Below are positions 1 to 7,628 of a stretch of DNA of 10,842 nt, piece by piece. This DNA comes from an uncultured Fibrobacterales bacterium (GTDB taxonomy: Bacteria; Fibrobacterota; Fibrobacteria; Fibrobacterales; CAWVXU01), in the NCBI GenBank assembly GCA_963934255.1, contig CAWVXU010000085.1, forward strand, positions 1-10,842. The letters run 5' to 3'. Within the stretch, counting starts at the first letter, position 1, and each line of letters starts with the position of its first letter. The translations under genes were made by a program, and so were the position numbers. A model generated the notes under the pieces. The model ran no database searches. It saw nothing but the letters and a program-made list of their open reading frames with translations, and had not been told where the DNA came from.

Positions 1-715
1 CTTTAACTAGACTTTGGCTTATGAGGTTATTGAGGAGTCCACCCGTATACTCTATTTGGATAGATGAATTCTTATGCTTATTGACTAGTTCTTTTAATTT
101 TTCATACAAAAAGCTATTGGACTCAACGTCTGTAATGTCGTGTTTGGGGTAAATCCGGAGAACGAGTATTTTTTGATCTTCTGACCCTAGGTATTCATTA
201 AGTTTTGAACTGTATTTGTTTTTGAGATCGTCAAAAACAAGAGGCTCTGAATGAGTTGTAGCCTTACTTTCAATTAATGGAACAATAAATGGATTTTTCC
301 GTAATTTTGCTTTATGAATTCTATCAAAAATTCTATCGCGAATAATTTCAAGATCGCCTAGTTGAATATAGAGAAGTTTGTTTTCATTAAAAAATGCAAA
401 TTCACTTTTATACTCTGCCAGGTGAACGTGCGGACCTATTTCTTCCGCAATTTTTTGGATAAAATTTTTATTTTGAGAAATAGAATCGCTACGGCTTAAG
501 AGGGTTAAAGTACCAAAACCTCCAAATTCTGTCTGAAAACGTTCTGCTTCGATCCTTGATGGAGTTTCATCAGAGAAAAGTTGTAGGATTTTCAGGTCCC
601 AACTTAGGCTATTTAGCTGTAAGAATGCTAAAATTGTAATAAGAAGAGAAACCCCCAAAATGGATTTAGGATAATAATGGAGCCTGTGTATCATGCGGCA
701 TAAAAATAAGCTCAT
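1..715 (-). CDS. MMPL/RND-family transporter (HpnN-like), N-terminal 238 codons; continues past the left edge
   Basis: Not in the ORF track. Manual translation shows an open frame from ATG at 715 to the window edge: MSLFLCRMIHRLHYYPKSILGVSLLITILAFLQLNSLSWDLKILQLFSDETPSRIEAERFQTEFGGFGTLTLL...EFAFFNENKLLYIQLGDLEIIRDRI...EDQKILVLRIYP...IQIEYTGGLL. One N-terminal TM helix is followed by a periplasmic domain with the FGG, FFxxNxLLY and (Y)TG patterns typical of MMPL/HpnN proteins. AGGAG lies 7 nt upstream. An alternative in-frame ATG is at 694. Confidence 0.8.
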   Translation of the reverse strand, partial: MSLFLCRMIHRLHYYPKSILGVSLLITILAFLQLNSLSWDLKILQLFSDETPSRIEAERFQTEFGGFGTLTLLSRSDSISQNKNFIQKIAEEIGPHVHLAEYKSEFAFFNENKLLYIQLGDLEIIRDRIFDRIHKAKLRKNPFIVPLIESKATTHSEPLVFDDLKNKYSSKLNEYLGSEDQKILVLRIYPKHDITDVESNSFLYEKLKELVNKHKNSSIQIEYTGGLLNNLISQSLVK

Positions 716-2237
716 TTTTTTACTCCTAATATGGGTGGCAAGTCTTTACCCTCAATCACAAATTGAGGGTCAATACTCACTTGAATCTTTCTCTTCGTCT
801 AAAACTACAAAAGATGAACTCAGTCAAGATGATTCTACCACACGGGATACCACTTTTTTTAAGAACATTTTATTAGAGTCACGCTCAACAGCCAAAAAAG
901 TTATTGCCTGGCCATTTGAAAACGTAATTCAACCGGTTTTATCTATGATGATCTATCCGATTAAACCACCTCTTAGATACGTTTTTAAAGAAGAGGTTAT
1001 TGATCGTGGAATTGATTTTGTCTCCCTTGGTGAAGACAATAACATCATGATTTATCCTACATTTACTATTGGGTCTGGGGCTGAAAGCTCACTTGGTTTG
1101 AGTTATATTCATAGAAATTTGTTTTTTGATTCAAGCGATAAAAGTAAAATTGAGGCTTATAGGACAATTGATGATGATTGGTTTTATAATGGTTCTTATG
1201 AAAAGCAAAAAATAAAAGGCCTACCTTGGAGTGCTCAAATTTCAATGCAACGCCGTATGATGCAAAACATTAGCCTTTACAATCAAAATAATTCTATTGA
1301 TACGACTTGGCTTCGATCAGATAGTACTTTTCAAATAGCCCTCAATCAAAGCTGGAGAATAGATAAAAAACAAAGTATACGCCTTGGCCTAAAAAGGGTT
1401 GCTCATCAATACAGGACTGATGATTTATTAAAAGCAAAAAGTGAAAATATTCTAGCACTTCCTCTTGCCGAACAAGAGGCTGCGGGTCATAGAAATTCTA
1501 TGATAGTTCAACTTCAAAACCAAGGATATTGGGATAATTTCACATCTTATCCAATTAGCATAGGATACACTTATAACTCCAAGGAATCAAAATTTGCATC
1601 AACTTATGGTAACAAAGCATCTGTGAACTTCATCCACGCACCGGTGATGCAGGGTTTTGGTGATTATCAAGTTTTGGAATTCAGGTACACTGATTACTTT
1701 CTTTTGGGGGAGCGGGCATATAAGCTTGACAGTAAGGAAGATAAAAAGCAAAAAAAGTATTTAAGGGACTTTGGAATAAGCGATGCACTTGAATTCCTAG
1801 ATACTAAGCAATGGGAAGAAATATTTTTACAAAGAAAAGTACTCGTAAATTATATCTCATATAGGCAAGCTTGGGATGGAGAAAAAGATCAAGTTGCTAT
1901 CTATGAATCATTGAGCACGGTAGGGAAGATGACTCCGCTTCGAGGATATCCTTCGGGTAGATTTGTTGATTATGGAAGTCTAAATTGGAGTGCCGAATAT
2001 AGGTGGCCTTTAATTCGCATGGTTGATGGCATCTTTTTCAACGAGTATGCTTGGTCCTTTAGAGGCCCACACACAATTAATATATTCAACTATAAAAACT
2101 CATTTGGTTTTGGTTTTAGAATTCGCAAACCGAGTCTTTATCTTATGAGATTAAATTTAGGCTTTCATGGGCCTATCTTTGCTACTAATTCAATTGAAGG
2201 ATTTGTAATTCAATTGACTATTAGGCCTGAGTTTTAA
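693..2237 (+). CDS. Omp85-superfamily (BamA/TamA-like) outer-membrane beta-barrel protein, no obvious POTRA domain
   Basis: 514 aa with a signal-peptide-like N-terminus. Barrel motifs: YIHRNLF, YTYNSKESKFASTYG (YDTRD..P..G-like), loop-6 LRGY followed by GRFVD..SAEYRWPL, SFGFGFRIR, and a C-terminal Phe. GGAG at 679-682 may be the RBS. Confidence 0.8.
   Translation: MRHKNKLIFLLLIWVASLYPQSQIEGQYSLESFSSSKTTKDELSQDDSTTRDTTFFKNILLESRSTAKKVIAWPFENVIQPVLSMMIYPIKPPLRYVFKEEVIDRGIDFVSLGEDNNIMIYPTFTIGSGAESSLGLSYIHRNLFFDSSDKSKIEAYRTIDDDWFYNGSYEKQKIKGLPWSAQISMQRRMMQNISLYNQNNSIDTTWLRSDSTFQIALNQSWRIDKKQSIRLGLKRVAHQYRTDDLLKAKSENILALPLAEQEAAGHRNSMIVQLQNQGYWDNFTSYPISIGYTYNSKESKFASTYGNKASVNFIHAPVMQGFGDYQVLEFRYTDYFLLGERAYKLDSKEDKKQKKYLRDFGISDALEFLDTKQWEEIFLQRKVLVNYISYRQAWDGEKDQVAIYESLSTVGKMTPLRGYPSGRFVDYGSLNWSAEYRWPLIRMVDGIFFNEYAWSFRGPHTINIFNYKNSFGFGFRIRKPSLYLMRLNLGFHGPIFATNSIEGFVIQLTIRPEF
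723..727 (-). promoter_or_regulatory. Shine-Dalgarno site (AGGAG) for the MMPL gene
   Basis: The minus strand reads attAGGAGtaaaaaaATG, a 7-nt spacer to the ATG at 715. Confidence 0.65.
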
Positions 2238-2875
2238 TGAGTCTAAATGAAATTTATGACCTTAAAAAAGTTATTTGTAATGGAGAGTCCATTCCGATTA
2301 AATTGCCTTTTCTCAAAAAGAATACTTTAGAGGAGGAATGGCAAAAGCATGAAAATGCACATGATTTTTTCCCTTATTGGATGACTCTTTGGAATAGTGT
2401 CTTTGGATTAAAGTCATATCTTGAAACCATTCAAATGGGTCCAAAAGATAAATGTTTAGAGATAGGGTGTGGAGCAGGAATACTAGCACAGGTTTTTCCT
2501 GCTCGCCAAGGGGATTGGTTTTTTTCCGACTTAATCTTTGAATCGCTCAAGTTTATCCAAAAAATCGAAGTAATGAAGCCTAATGAGAAACTCATTTGTG
2601 GCTCATGGAGCCAAAGGTTTTGTCAAGAATTCCAATATATTGTAGCGTCGGACATTTTATATGAATCAAAATTTTGCCAAGAAATAGCAACGTTTGTTTG
2701 GAATACTCTAGCTGTTGGAGGGCAATTTATTATTGCTAACCCGGAGCGTACAGGTCGAGATGATGCTATTGATGAACTTTTATTGTATTGGAAAGGTAAA
2801 TATCATGTGGAGCAAATTCAATTTGAGTTGTCATCATTGCAAGTCATGATTGAAGTGGCTATCTTAGAGAAATGA
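2237..2875 (+). CDS. Class I SAM-dependent methyltransferase, Methyltransf_16 (METTL21-like / 'nicotinamide N-methylase-like') type
   Basis: 212 aa. PYW..LW.S N-terminal motif, motif I LEIGCGAG, post-I FSD, and IVASDILYE (DxxY). TAATG overlap with the upstream stop. Confidence 0.8.
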   Translation: MSLNEIYDLKKVICNGESIPIKLPFLKKNTLEEEWQKHENAHDFFPYWMTLWNSVFGLKSYLETIQMGPKDKCLEIGCGAGILAQVFPARQGDWFFSDLIFESLKFIQKIEVMKPNEKLICGSWSQRFCQEFQYIVASDILYESKFCQEIATFVWNTLAVGGQFIIANPERTGRDDAIDELLLYWKGKYHVEQIQFELSSLQVMIEVAILEK

Positions 2876-3588
2876 TTAAGTCAAAGTATTTTATTCTGAT
2901 TCCAACTTTCCAAGCTTTTGAGGCTTTGAACATATTAATCCCAAGATTGTTGGAATATGTGACTCCTCAGCAGATTCTTGTTATTGATGATGGTTCAACA
3001 GATTGGATTAGCCCTTCTTCTAGTATTCCTTTCGAAGAAAAATATCCAGTGAATATTATTAAGCACCCAAACAATCAAGGCAAGGCAAAAGCATTAAAGA
3101 CAGGCTTTCTTTGGGGAATTGAACAGGATTTTGATTGGGCTATTACAATGGATGCAGACGGACAGCACAGTGCTGATGATATTCGTTCATTTATAAAGGT
3201 TATAGAAAAAAACGAGAATAATCAACTTGGGGCTATTCTAGGTGTTCGAGATTTTAATCCAATGACGATGCCTTGGCCGAGGATTTTTAGTAATAAGACA
3301 ACGACTCGTATTTTATCGTCTTTAGCAAAAACTTCGCTTTGGGATTCACAATGTGGCTATAGAGCATATTTTCTTCCAGCCTTAAAAAACTCACATGCAA
3401 TGACAGTAAAGTCACAAGGGTTTCAGTGGGAATCTGAAGTATTAGTCCGCTTAGCTTGGACTGGATTTCAATTTTCAAAAGTCTCTGTTCAAACTATTTA
3501 TGGTAATGAATCTTCTAATATTTCTCATTTGTCAGATACCACTAAGTTTTTAAAATTATGGTGGCAACTCAAGAAAGAGCGCAAATAA
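2872..3588 (+). CDS. Glycosyltransferase family 2, DPM1-like (polyprenyl-phosphate sugar synthase type)
   Basis: 238 aa. LIPTFQ, VIDDGSTD, NQGKAKALKTG, TMDADGQH (DxD), G.R, DSQCGYRAY and F..ESEVL motifs. ATGA overlap with the upstream gene. Confidence 0.9.
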   Translation: MIKSKYFILIPTFQAFEALNILIPRLLEYVTPQQILVIDDGSTDWISPSSSIPFEEKYPVNIIKHPNNQGKAKALKTGFLWGIEQDFDWAITMDADGQHSADDIRSFIKVIEKNENNQLGAILGVRDFNPMTMPWPRIFSNKTTTRILSSLAKTSLWDSQCGYRAYFLPALKNSHAMTVKSQGFQWESEVLVRLAWTGFQFSKVSVQTIYGNESSNISHLSDTTKFLKLWWQLKKERK

Positions 3589-4701
3589 ATGCAACATATT
3601 AAAATTATACTTTGGGGCTTTGCTTTTGGCGTGGCCAATATTATACCTGGTGTCTCAGGTGGAACCTTTGCATTAGTACTTGGGTTCTACGAACGATTGT
3701 TAAAAGATATTGAAGGTATCAATTCAAGGTCAATTAAAAGTTTATGGACTCTACTAAAAAACAAAGACCGTCTTGCTTTTCAGCAGTGGGCTAAGGTCCA
3801 TGATTTTTGGTTTTTAGTTAAACTAGGGGCGGGTGCGGTTTTGAGTATCGCTTCTTTATCCTCACTAATGAAATATCTTTTAAATAATCATTTTAGCCTG
3901 ACTTATGCATTTTTCTTTGGGTTGATCAGTCTCTCGGTAATAGTACCATGGAAACTTATTCGAAGTAAAGGGCCAAGTGTCATTGTCGCCTTGATCATCG
4001 CATGCGCTTTAACTGTAGGTGTGAGCCTAGGAGTTGATCCCGTCAAAAAAGCTGAGAAAAAGTCAGATTTTTATAAAACAAAAATGTTTGAAATGAAAAA
4101 AGGAATTGCACCTGATATTGAAACGGTTAATCAGATGACTATAAAAATCAAGAAGCAACCGATTCAATCTCAAGCTTTCCAATGGACTTCAAAGTACAGT
4201 ACTACCGAGTTTGTTATGTCACTTATTTCGGGCTGTCTAGCTGTCTCTGCTATGGTACTCCCTGGTATATCTGGTTCTTTACTTCTCATCTTGATGGGCC
4301 AATATATGATTGTGATTCAAGCCATAGCAAATCTCAAGTCTTTAGTGATTGATGACTTTGTCTTCTTATCAATTATGTCAATTGGGATGGTAATAGGTCT
4401 GTTTGTTACTGCTCGAATTGTCAAGTGGGCACTTGAAAAGTATCATGATGTGACGATGGGTGCATTAACTGGTTTAATTATTGGTTCTTTGTTTGTACTC
4501 TGGCCGTTTAGAGAATCAGTCTTTAGAGACTTGTATTTTAAAATCAACGGTCAAATTGTCCTAAAAGAAAATGTTGAAATATTTACTAATGACATCTATC
4601 TCCCAAGTGCTAATTCAACATCGATGATCTGTTTTGGGATGATGGTACTAGGAATAATCACAATGGTCTTCTTTTTAAAAAACGACCCTGAGGCTCATTA
4701 G
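3589..4701 (+). CDS. DUF368 membrane protein (PopT-type undecaprenyl-phosphate translocase family)
   Basis: 370 aa, polytopic. Two internally repeated signatures, GVANIIPGVSGGTFALVLGFYERL and AMVLPGISGSLLLILMGQY, plus FFFGLI and GLIIGSL..LWPF. The ATG directly follows the GT2 stop. Confidence 0.9.
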   Translation: MQHIKIILWGFAFGVANIIPGVSGGTFALVLGFYERLLKDIEGINSRSIKSLWTLLKNKDRLAFQQWAKVHDFWFLVKLGAGAVLSIASLSSLMKYLLNNHFSLTYAFFFGLISLSVIVPWKLIRSKGPSVIVALIIACALTVGVSLGVDPVKKAEKKSDFYKTKMFEMKKGIAPDIETVNQMTIKIKKQPIQSQAFQWTSKYSTTEFVMSLISGCLAVSAMVLPGISGSLLLILMGQYMIVIQAIANLKSLVIDDFVFLSIMSIGMVIGLFVTARIVKWALEKYHDVTMGALTGLIIGSLFVLWPFRESVFRDLYFKINGQIVLKENVEIFTNDIYLPSANSTSMICFGMMVLGIITMVFFLKNDPEAH

Positions 4702-4761
4702 GGCATTTATCTAGTTGAGAGAATCCTGCTCTTTCCGCTTCAAATCTGTATATATTGAGTG

Positions 4762-6927
4762 TTAATTTGAAGTTAGTTTAAAAGAATGCAAAATCCCTGT
4801 TCTAGTAGAAAGATAGAGCTTGTTATTAAAAATTTGTGGTAATCCAATTTCTGATGGATAATAGTGATGAGAGGTGGATTGCCCCTTTTCCATAGACAAA
4901 ATATGAAGTTCATTTCCTTGATCAATATAAATATTGTCACCTAATATAGCTGGTTTGACAAATAGTGAATTCTTCCCTTGCCATTGCCATTTCTTTTGCC
5001 CATTTTTTAAATTTAATAAGATTATTTCTTGATTTGAAAGGCCTAATAGTAGGTTTTGTGATTGAAAATTTAATGAAAAAACCTGTGCGGATAATTTTTT
5101 TCTCCAACTCACTTCAAAATTATCTAAGGATATTTTAACTAGAATATTGTCCTGATTTACCACATAAAGAAAACCTTTGTGAACTTGAGCTAAGGAAATA
5201 TTTTTTTCATTTAAATATATTTTTTTTGATTGAGCAGTATTGATTTGATGAACTATTAATGCTCCATTTTTAAATACGGAAATAATGTAATTTTTATCAA
5301 TACTTCGATTTAAGATGGGTGTTTGACTGAATTGATTCTTCCACAAAATGTTCAATTTGTCAGTATCAATTAAATAAATGTGATCATTCCAAGTTTCAAC
5401 TAAAAGTCCTAAAATAGTTTTTTGAATATCTTTAACTTCACCATTTAGAAGTATTTTGTTTACTGTCTTTAGACTGTTTAAACTGCGTTTTTGGATTTGG
5501 TTCTTAAAGCTTGAATAAATAAATTTATTATCTGAAATGAGTTGTGATTGAATGTTAACCGAGTCATGTGATGAAACAATACTCATACCATTTTTGGGAT
5601 TGATAATATGAATCTTTGATGTATTTGAATGAATATACATCGGTCCAATACTTGAAGCATACATTCTCGGATGAAATCCTGATTGGCTCTTTAAATCTTT
5701 CACCCAAAATGCACCCAAAGTTTGACTATAGTCCTCTAATAAATGTGTTTTAGGGTTATCTAATTCTTGTGCGATTTCAATACTTTTATTAATCGCTAAT
5801 TTTAATTCTTCTGTATTGCCCTTGATTTTTTGTAGTAATGCAATCTTTGATTCCCATAAATTGAGGTTACCAGGCTCAATAAGTATTAGAGAGTCGACTT
5901 GACTAAGTGAGGTTGGTTTGATTTTTTTGGTAAAGCTAATCCATTGATATATGGCATTGTCATTTTGAGTTTGAAGAGTGATTTGTTGTGTCGGAGTTTG
6001 AATGACTAAAGTAGAATCACTGTCTTGAATTGACTTCAAGACCTTTTGATCTAGGTGTAGTTTCCAAATAAACGACCCGTCGGATTGGAAGAATTGAATA
6101 AACCCATTTTCTTGAACTAAACCAAAACGATTAGAGAAAATGAATATCTCACCTGAAACATTAGACTTACTCCAAAGTGGTTTCTTGGTTAAAATATCAT
6201 ATGCGCTTAATTTGTTTTTTGATCGAATGAGTATAAGGTTTTTTGAAACCTTGACCTCAAGCACTCCTTGGACTTTTATGTCTGATTTTACAATACCGTT
6301 AAACCCCTCTAAAAAGCTGACACTATTGTTTTGTACGATTATTACACCTCGATCATAGGGGACGAAATGGGAGATTTGCTCAAATCGTCGTGAAGAGGGT
6401 TCAGCTGTGTTAAATACGTTAAGCTGCATGACCATATCATCGGGGCAATTAAAGTAAATAAAGTTGTTAATTGGGAGCGTGAGAGCTTCACATTCTATTG
6501 GGATTTTGCTTAACTCTTGATTTAGTTTGTTCTCATAGTGTAAAAAATAATTCAAAGAAGTCTTTGAAATTGTAAATCCATGGGTGTTTTCTAGTATAAT
6601 TTGCTTCAAATTAATTGAATCGGAGTCCTCTACCTTTTTCCTATTTAAACTCACATTTTGCCATCGGATGAATTGAGATGTTAAATTCGATGTTTCATTT
6701 GTTAAGAGTTGATTCATCCTTCTTTTTAATAAAGAAGAATTGGCTCTTACTTGAGGGTTTGAGCTTGTATCCAAAGAGTTTAATATTTTTAATGCACGAT
6801 AACTTTGACCTTCCATTTCAAAAAGATATCTCGCTTGTTCAATTCGCCGAAATTCTTCTTGGTGAGACCATGTTATAGAAGTGAAGGATGCAATACAAAC
6901 CAACAGGATTAATAACCTAGGGATCAT
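4762..6927 (-). CDS. Secreted PQQ-binding-like (BamB-like) beta-propeller repeat protein with helical segments
   Basis: 721 aa with a signal-peptide-like N-terminus. Repeated blade motifs: LSAYDILTKKPLWS, QSDGSFIWK, IYLIDTDKLNILWK, ISLDNFEVSWR, LLNLKNGQKKWQ, KLYLSTRTGILHSF. TAATG overlap with the response regulator stop. Confidence 0.7.
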   Translation of the reverse strand: MIPRLLILLVCIASFTSITWSHQEEFRRIEQARYLFEMEGQSYRALKILNSLDTSSNPQVRANSSLLKRRMNQLLTNETSNLTSQFIRWQNVSLNRKKVEDSDSINLKQIILENTHGFTISKTSLNYFLHYENKLNQELSKIPIECEALTLPINNFIYFNCPDDMVMQLNVFNTAEPSSRRFEQISHFVPYDRGVIIVQNNSVSFLEGFNGIVKSDIKVQGVLEVKVSKNLILIRSKNKLSAYDILTKKPLWSKSNVSGEIFIFSNRFGLVQENGFIQFFQSDGSFIWKLHLDQKVLKSIQDSDSTLVIQTPTQQITLQTQNDNAIYQWISFTKKIKPTSLSQVDSLILIEPGNLNLWESKIALLQKIKGNTEELKLAINKSIEIAQELDNPKTHLLEDYSQTLGAFWVKDLKSQSGFHPRMYASSIGPMYIHSNTSKIHIINPKNGMSIVSSHDSVNIQSQLISDNKFIYSSFKNQIQKRSLNSLKTVNKILLNGEVKDIQKTILGLLVETWNDHIYLIDTDKLNILWKNQFSQTPILNRSIDKNYIISVFKNGALIVHQINTAQSKKIYLNEKNISLAQVHKGFLYVVNQDNILVKISLDNFEVSWRKKLSAQVFSLNFQSQNLLLGLSNQEIILLNLKNGQKKWQWQGKNSLFVKPAILGDNIYIDQGNELHILSMEKGQSTSHHYYPSEIGLPQIFNNKLYLSTRTGILHSFKLTSN

Positions 6928-7628
6928 TAAATTCCTGCCTCAAATTTATAACCAGCTCCTCTGATACTTATAATGTAATTTGGCTCTGATGGATTGAGCT
7001 CAATTTTTTGACGAATTTTGACAATATGGTTATCAACTGTTCTTGTTGTTGGCATTTGTTCGGGCTGATAGCCCCAAACGTGCTCTAGTAGGTCTTCGCG
7101 TTGAACAACTTCACCGACTCTTGAGCTAAAGTATTTGAGGATTTGAAATTCCTTGGTGTTAAACTCTACTTCTTCTCCACGGACCCAAGCTTGGAATCGT
7201 TTAAAATCAAATTTGAGATCTTTTTGCTCAAAAAGTTCTGAATCCACGTTCTCTATTGGTGTTGAAGAAACTCTCCGCAGAAACGCTTTTGAACGAGCTA
7301 GAAGCTCTAAAATTGAAAAAGGCTTGGTAACGTAGTCATCTGCTCCCATTTCAAGCCCTGTGAGCTTGCTTGATTCCTCAGATTGAGCTGTAAGCATAAT
7401 GATATATGTATTTGGAAGTTTTTTTCGAATAAAACGACAAACTTCATAGCCACTCTTAATCGGGAGCATCAGGTCCAAAATGACTAAATCCGGTTTGAAT
7501 ATCATCACCTTTTCACAGGCAATTTCACCATCGATAGCAGAATCTACTTCATAATCTTCTAGTTCAAAGTTATCAATAAGTCCACGTAGGATAATTTCTT
7601 CGTCTTCAACAATAAGAACTTTATGCAT
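6927..7628 (-). CDS. OmpR/PhoB-family DNA-binding response regulator
   Basis: Receiver domain (KVLIVEDE, DLVILDLMLP phospho-Asp, MLTA, GADDYVTKPF) plus a winged helix (KEFQIL, REDLL..VWG, TRTVDNHIVKIRQKIE, IRGAGYKF). Start moved from the track's TTG at 7685 to ATG at 7628 (MHKVLIVEDE), which overlaps the kinase stop by 8 nt and has AAGGT upstream. Confidence 0.95.
   Translation of the reverse strand: MHKVLIVEDEEIILRGLIDNFELEDYEVDSAIDGEIACEKVMIFKPDLVILDLMLPIKSGYEVCRFIRKKLPNTYIIMLTAQSEESSKLTGLEMGADDYVTKPFSILELLARSKAFLRRVSSTPIENVDSELFEQKDLKFDFKRFQAWVRGEEVEFNTKEFQILKYFSSRVGEVVQREDLLEHVWGYQPEQMPTTRTVDNHIVKIRQKIELNPSEPNYIISIRGAGYKFEAGI

Noticed and set aside
618..640. TGTAAG...TGTAAT upstream of the Omp85 start, resembling the repeat before the kinase
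   Set aside because: The 17-bp period does not fit an OmpR-type tandem box, and it lies in AT-rich coding sequence, so it is likely chance.
3287..3478. 63-aa antisense ORF within GT2
   Set aside because: Short, opposite a well-supported gene, no recognisable motif.
3634..3666. ANIIPGVSGGT (Asn where Asp is often seen) as a sign of an inactive DUF368
   Set aside because: To my knowledge both variants occur commonly in the family, and the rest of the motif is intact.
4702..4761. Possible bidirectional terminator or small RNA between the convergent operons
   Set aside because: Only weak pairing (agag/ctct) and no U-tracts, so it cannot be supported.
6140..6878. Two short + strand ORFs (6140-6358, 6678-6878) antisense to the propeller gene
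   Set aside because: Shadow ORFs with no motifs.
7153..7335. 60-aa ORF antisense to the response regulator
   Set aside because: Ser-rich shadow ORF of a conserved gene.
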